This document shows positions 22,727 through 25,872 of a stretch of 25,872 nt of DNA, in pieces. The notes under the pieces were generated by a model, which ran no database searches, had not been told where the DNA came from, and was given only the letters and a program-made list of their open reading frames with translations. The translations under genes and the position numbers were made by a program. The DNA is from Chiloscyllium plagiosum (lineage: Eukaryota): NCBI RefSeq assembly GCF_004010195.1, contig NC_057720.1, forward strand, positions 21,973,042 to 21,998,913. Direction: 5' to 3'. Position 1 is the first letter of the stretch; each line of letters begins with the position of its first letter.

Positions 22727-22914
22727 AAAACTGACAACCGGAAGCAGCCGGAACAGACCACCATAAACACCGGAGGAAACATCAAAGAAGCGCTTCCCAA
22801 GCACTGATGATGTTGCCTAGCCAGGGAACGAAACGTTTGCAACAAAAACTTCCAGCTCGGCGAACAGAACCACAACAACGAGCACCCGAGCTACAAATCT
22901 TCGCACAAACTTTG
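22727..22914 (+). mobile_element. 188-bp hammerhead-bearing insertion (family D, Penelope-like 3' end) nested in the family-A terminal repeat
   Basis: Exact 15-bp TSD aacacattttcagct at 22712-22726 and 22915-22929. Confidence 0.85.
22801..22840 (+). ncRNA. Minimal type-I hammerhead ribozyme motif (family D)
   Basis: GCA CTGATGA t GTTgCCT agcc AGGgAAC GAAA CG TT TGC: stem I GCA/TGC, a longer stem II, ACGT palindrome and a GUU site. Confidence 0.75.
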
Positions 22915-22979
22915 AACACATTTTCAGCTCTAATATTAGGTCAAGGTCAGTCAGATAAAAGTGACCACTAATCATTAAA

Positions 22980-23343
22980 CTTGCTGTGTTTTTCCAGCAC
23001 CACTCTAATCTAGACTCTGATTTCCAGCATCTGCAGTCCTCACTTTTGCCTAGTTAATTTAACCTTACTGCAAATCCTCTTGCAAGGATGCAAGAAGTTC
23101 TCCTCCTCTCTCTACAAGGATTTCAGTGAGTGTCTCTCTCACTGATTCTTTGCTACCTTCTCCCCAGCCCCACACCTCCCCATTCCCTTTTATCTCTCCA
23201 CCCTGGAAGCTCCATGCCTTCATTCCTGATGAAGGGCTTTTGCCCGAAACATTGATTTTCCTACTCCTCCGATGCTGCCTGACCTGTTGTGCTTTTCCAA
23301 CCTAGACTCTGATTTCCAGCATCTGCAGTCCTCACTTTTGCCT
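22980..23343 (+). mobile_element. 364-bp miniature Penelope-like element (family B) with partial direct terminal repeats
   Basis: ctagactctgatttccagcatctgcagtcctcacttttgccta is repeated at ~23010-23052 and 23302-23344. 13-bp TSD actaatcattaaa (22967-22979 and 23344-23356). Confidence 0.88.
23221..23260 (+). ncRNA. Hammerhead motif (family B) with stem III decayed
   Basis: cattc CTGATGA a GGGC tttt GCCC GAAA CA TT gattttc. Confidence 0.6.
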
Positions 23344-23421
23344 ACTAATCATTAAATATCATCCTTCGGATGTTTTAAACGTTTCCTTTCTGGTAGCTAT
23401 TGAAAACATTTTATTCTTAAT

Positions 23422-23496
23422 TAGAGGCGTGCAAGCAGAATAAATTGACTTCTCAATATTATTTCAGCCAGTTCAAATTAACTGGAGTTGACTAAC
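23422..23496. repeat. 75-bp segment duplicated at 24630-24704
   Basis: tagaggcgtg...ggagttgactaac, with 6 mismatches by manual alignment. Confidence 0.9.
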
Positions 23497-24094
23497 TTTT
23501 CCCTGGACATGGCCATGATGAGGTTACTTCATTAATCTGAGATGTTCGATTGCATTCTGCTTCAAGTGCGTGTTTATGGCTTAGCAATTCTCGAACAGAC
23601 ACACTGACATGGAACTCACTGCTCCTTTCTAGACAAGATACTTGCAGCAGTGAGTAAGGCATCACATCAAATGGAAATTGCAATTAAAATTAATCAGTTT
23701 AATTACATAGAAATCAGCCATTTGATTGTTATAAATGAGGCAAGTGGTGCTGAAAAGGAGGTAGCAGACCAATATTATCACTGATATAAAATAATTACTG
23801 TAATTCCAGTCGCTGCTGATGACTTGCAACAACTCCTGAGCAAGGTACATGTGGGACACATCATGCAGTTTAACAGAGTTGAATGATACCTCCATAACTT
23901 GATAAAGATGCTTGGAAGGAGGCAATTGACTATAAATTAGTAGTGGCTGTGACCTTTTGCGGTCATTGTTAGCACATGGAAAAATAAATTGATGAATTAT
24001 TCGATAACAGCATCTCTGAAATTAGATGCGAAACTCAAAGACTTAATGACCTTTCAGTTTTGGCATATTGGTCCTTGCTTAGCCTGATCCACGT

Positions 24095-24625
24095 GCTAAT
24101 TTCTGGATTATTACCACGTGCAAATTGCTAAAGAAATAAGAAGATGAGGGAAGTAAACACATGGCTAAAGCAGTGGTATGGGAAAGAGGGTTTCCATTTT
24201 GTGGCCATTGGTATTGGTATTGAGACAGGAGAGAACTGTACTGTCAGAATAGGCACCACCTGAACAGGTCTGGGCCCAATATAGGATGGTCATAAATTAA
24301 TCCAGTTAAAAATCATGGAAGCTTGGGAGAGATTATTAAAGTTTCCAGAACAAGTAATAGGACAGGCAGTATGGGAAGGCCACAGGACACAGCACACACA
24401 TGGACAACTATGAGAAGTTGCAGGTGACAGGGAATCAGTGCAAGATTGAGGGTGTTGTATTTAAATGCATACAGTATTCAAAGCAAGGTAAATGAGCTTG
24501 TAGCCCATTGGCAAGTAGGGTCGTAGAGATAACATAGAGACGAGGCTGCAAAGGGATTGGGACTGGGATCTGAATATCTGAGAATCTTCACCCTATTAAA
24601 AAGACAGGCAGATGAGGAGCACTGG
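24095..24625 (+). mobile_element. Old CR1 ORF1 esterase end and ORF2 APE start, decayed
   Basis: ISGLLPRAN..RNKKMREVNTWLKQWYGKEGFHF, then VLYLNAYSIQSKVNELVA at ~24453. Confidence 0.75.
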
Positions 24626-24924
24626 TAAGTAGAGGCGTGTAAGCAGAATAGATTGACTTCTCAATATCATGTCAGGCAGTTCAAATTAACAGGAGTTGAC
24701 TAACAATTGCACCTGAGAAAATCCCAGATGGCCTCCTTCTTCCAAGATCACAATTCCCCTTCCCCCATGGTTGATGACGCCCTCCAGCTCATCTCCTCCA
24801 CTTCCCGCCCCATCATCCTTGAACCCCATCCCTCACAATGCAATAATGACAGAACCTTCCTGGTCCTCACCTTCCATCCCACCAACCTCTGCTTCATCAC
24901 ATCATCCTCTGCCACCTCTGAACG

Positions 24925-25256
24925 GACCCCACCACCAGAGATATATTTCCCTCCCCACTCCTATCAGCGTTCCAGAGAGACCATTCCCTCCACGACTCCC
25001 TCGTCAGGTTCACGAGCTCCAGGAACCCACACTTCACTCCTGGCACCTTCCCCTACTACCGCAGGGATTGCAAAGCCTGTGCCCAACCCAGACCCCACCA
25101 CCAGAGATATATTTCCCTCCCCACTCCTATCAGCGTTCCAGAGAGACCATTCCCTCCAAGACTCCCTCGTCAGGTTCACGAGCTCCAGGAACCCACACCT
25201 CACTCCTGGCACCTTCCCCTACTACCGCAGGGATTGCAAAGCCTGTGCCCAACCCA
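24925..25256. repeat. 166-bp tandem duplication within the PLE
   Basis: 24925-25090 versus 25091-25256, with 2 substitutions. Confidence 0.95.
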
Positions 25257-25295
25257 CACCCCTCACCTCCCTCCAAGGCCCCAAAGGATCTTTCC

Positions 25296-25525
25296 ACATT
25301 CGACAGAAATTTACCTGTACCTCTACCAATGTCATCTACTGTATCTGCTGCATCCGATGTGGTCTCCTCTACATCTGGGAGACAGGGTGCCTTCTTGCGG
25401 ATCATTTCAGACATTCGACAGAAATTTACCTGTACCTCTACCAATGTCATCTACTGTATCTGCTGCATCCGATGTGGTCTCCTCTACATCGGGGAGACAG
25501 AGTGCCTTCTTGCGGATCATTTCAG
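25296..25525. repeat. 115-bp tandem duplication of the GIY-YIG motif
   Basis: 25296-25410 versus 25411-25525, with 2 substitutions. Confidence 0.95.
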
Positions 25526-25872
25526 AGAACATCTCTGGGAGACCTGCATACACCAACCCCACCACCCCATGGCTGAACACTTCAACTCCCCCTCCCACTC
25601 TGTCACGAATATGCAGGTTCTGGGCCTCCTCCACCAACAAACCGTTACCACCTGACGCCCGGAGGAAGAACTCCTCATATTCCGCCTTGGGATCCTGCAA
25701 CCACACGGAATGAATGTGGATTTCAAAAGTTCCCTCATTTCCCCTTCCCTCACATTATCCCAGTTCCAATCCTCCAACTCGGCATTGCCCTCCTGACCTG
25801 TCCATCAGCTTTCCCATCGAGCTGCTCCACCAACCGCCCCCACCAACCACGCCCCCCGACCTATCACCTTCC

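Larger units (their letters stand above)
22045..22932 (-). mobile_element. 5'-truncated Penelope-like element (family A) with an inverted terminal repeat at its 5' end
   Basis: Minus-strand terminal repeat 22045-22236, assembly gap 22237-22265, RT fragment 22266-22435, plus-strand terminal repeat 22436-22932. 13-bp TSD atattaggtcaag (22032-22044 and 22933-22945). Confidence 0.9.
24705..25872 (+). mobile_element. Penelope-like (Neptune-type) element 3' part: post-RT region, Cys linker and GIY-YIG endonuclease; runs off the window
   Basis: LVLTFHP...DPTTRDIFPSPLLSAFQRDHSLQDSLV...CKAC...FTCTSTNVIYCICCIRCGLLYIGET...FREHL...HFNSPSH...LIFRLG.LQPHGMN. Frameshifted. Confidence 0.92.

Noticed and set aside
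24707..25655. 289-aa and 294-aa ORFs as functional genes
   Set aside because: Each is only partly in the PLE frame. Frameshifts, duplications and stops show a dead copy.

Overview
This is AT-rich, repeat-dense vertebrate intronic or intergenic DNA. The repeat families (HE1/V-SINE, Deu-domain SINE, HER1/CR1 LINEs, Penelope-like elements) point to a cartilaginous fish, most likely a shark; that assignment is inference from recalled family motifs. No intact host gene can be supported. The recognisable ORFs are decayed retroelement pieces: CR1 esterase/APE/RT, RTE, Rex1/Babar, and Penelope RT and GIY-YIG. The most notable signal is a set of minimal type-I hammerhead ribozyme motifs (CUGANGA, stem II, GAAA, palindromic stem III, UH) from at least four Penelope-like terminal-repeat families. 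They occur as 90-370 bp units with 8-15 bp target-site duplications (TSDs), as a head-to-head palindrome, and nested inside one another, with a cluster at 20.8-23.3 kb. The window also holds an 888-bp non-coding retroposon (YY1 head, 35-bp VNTR, Rex1-like tail) and a 639-bp solo LTR with an exact 4-bp TSD.
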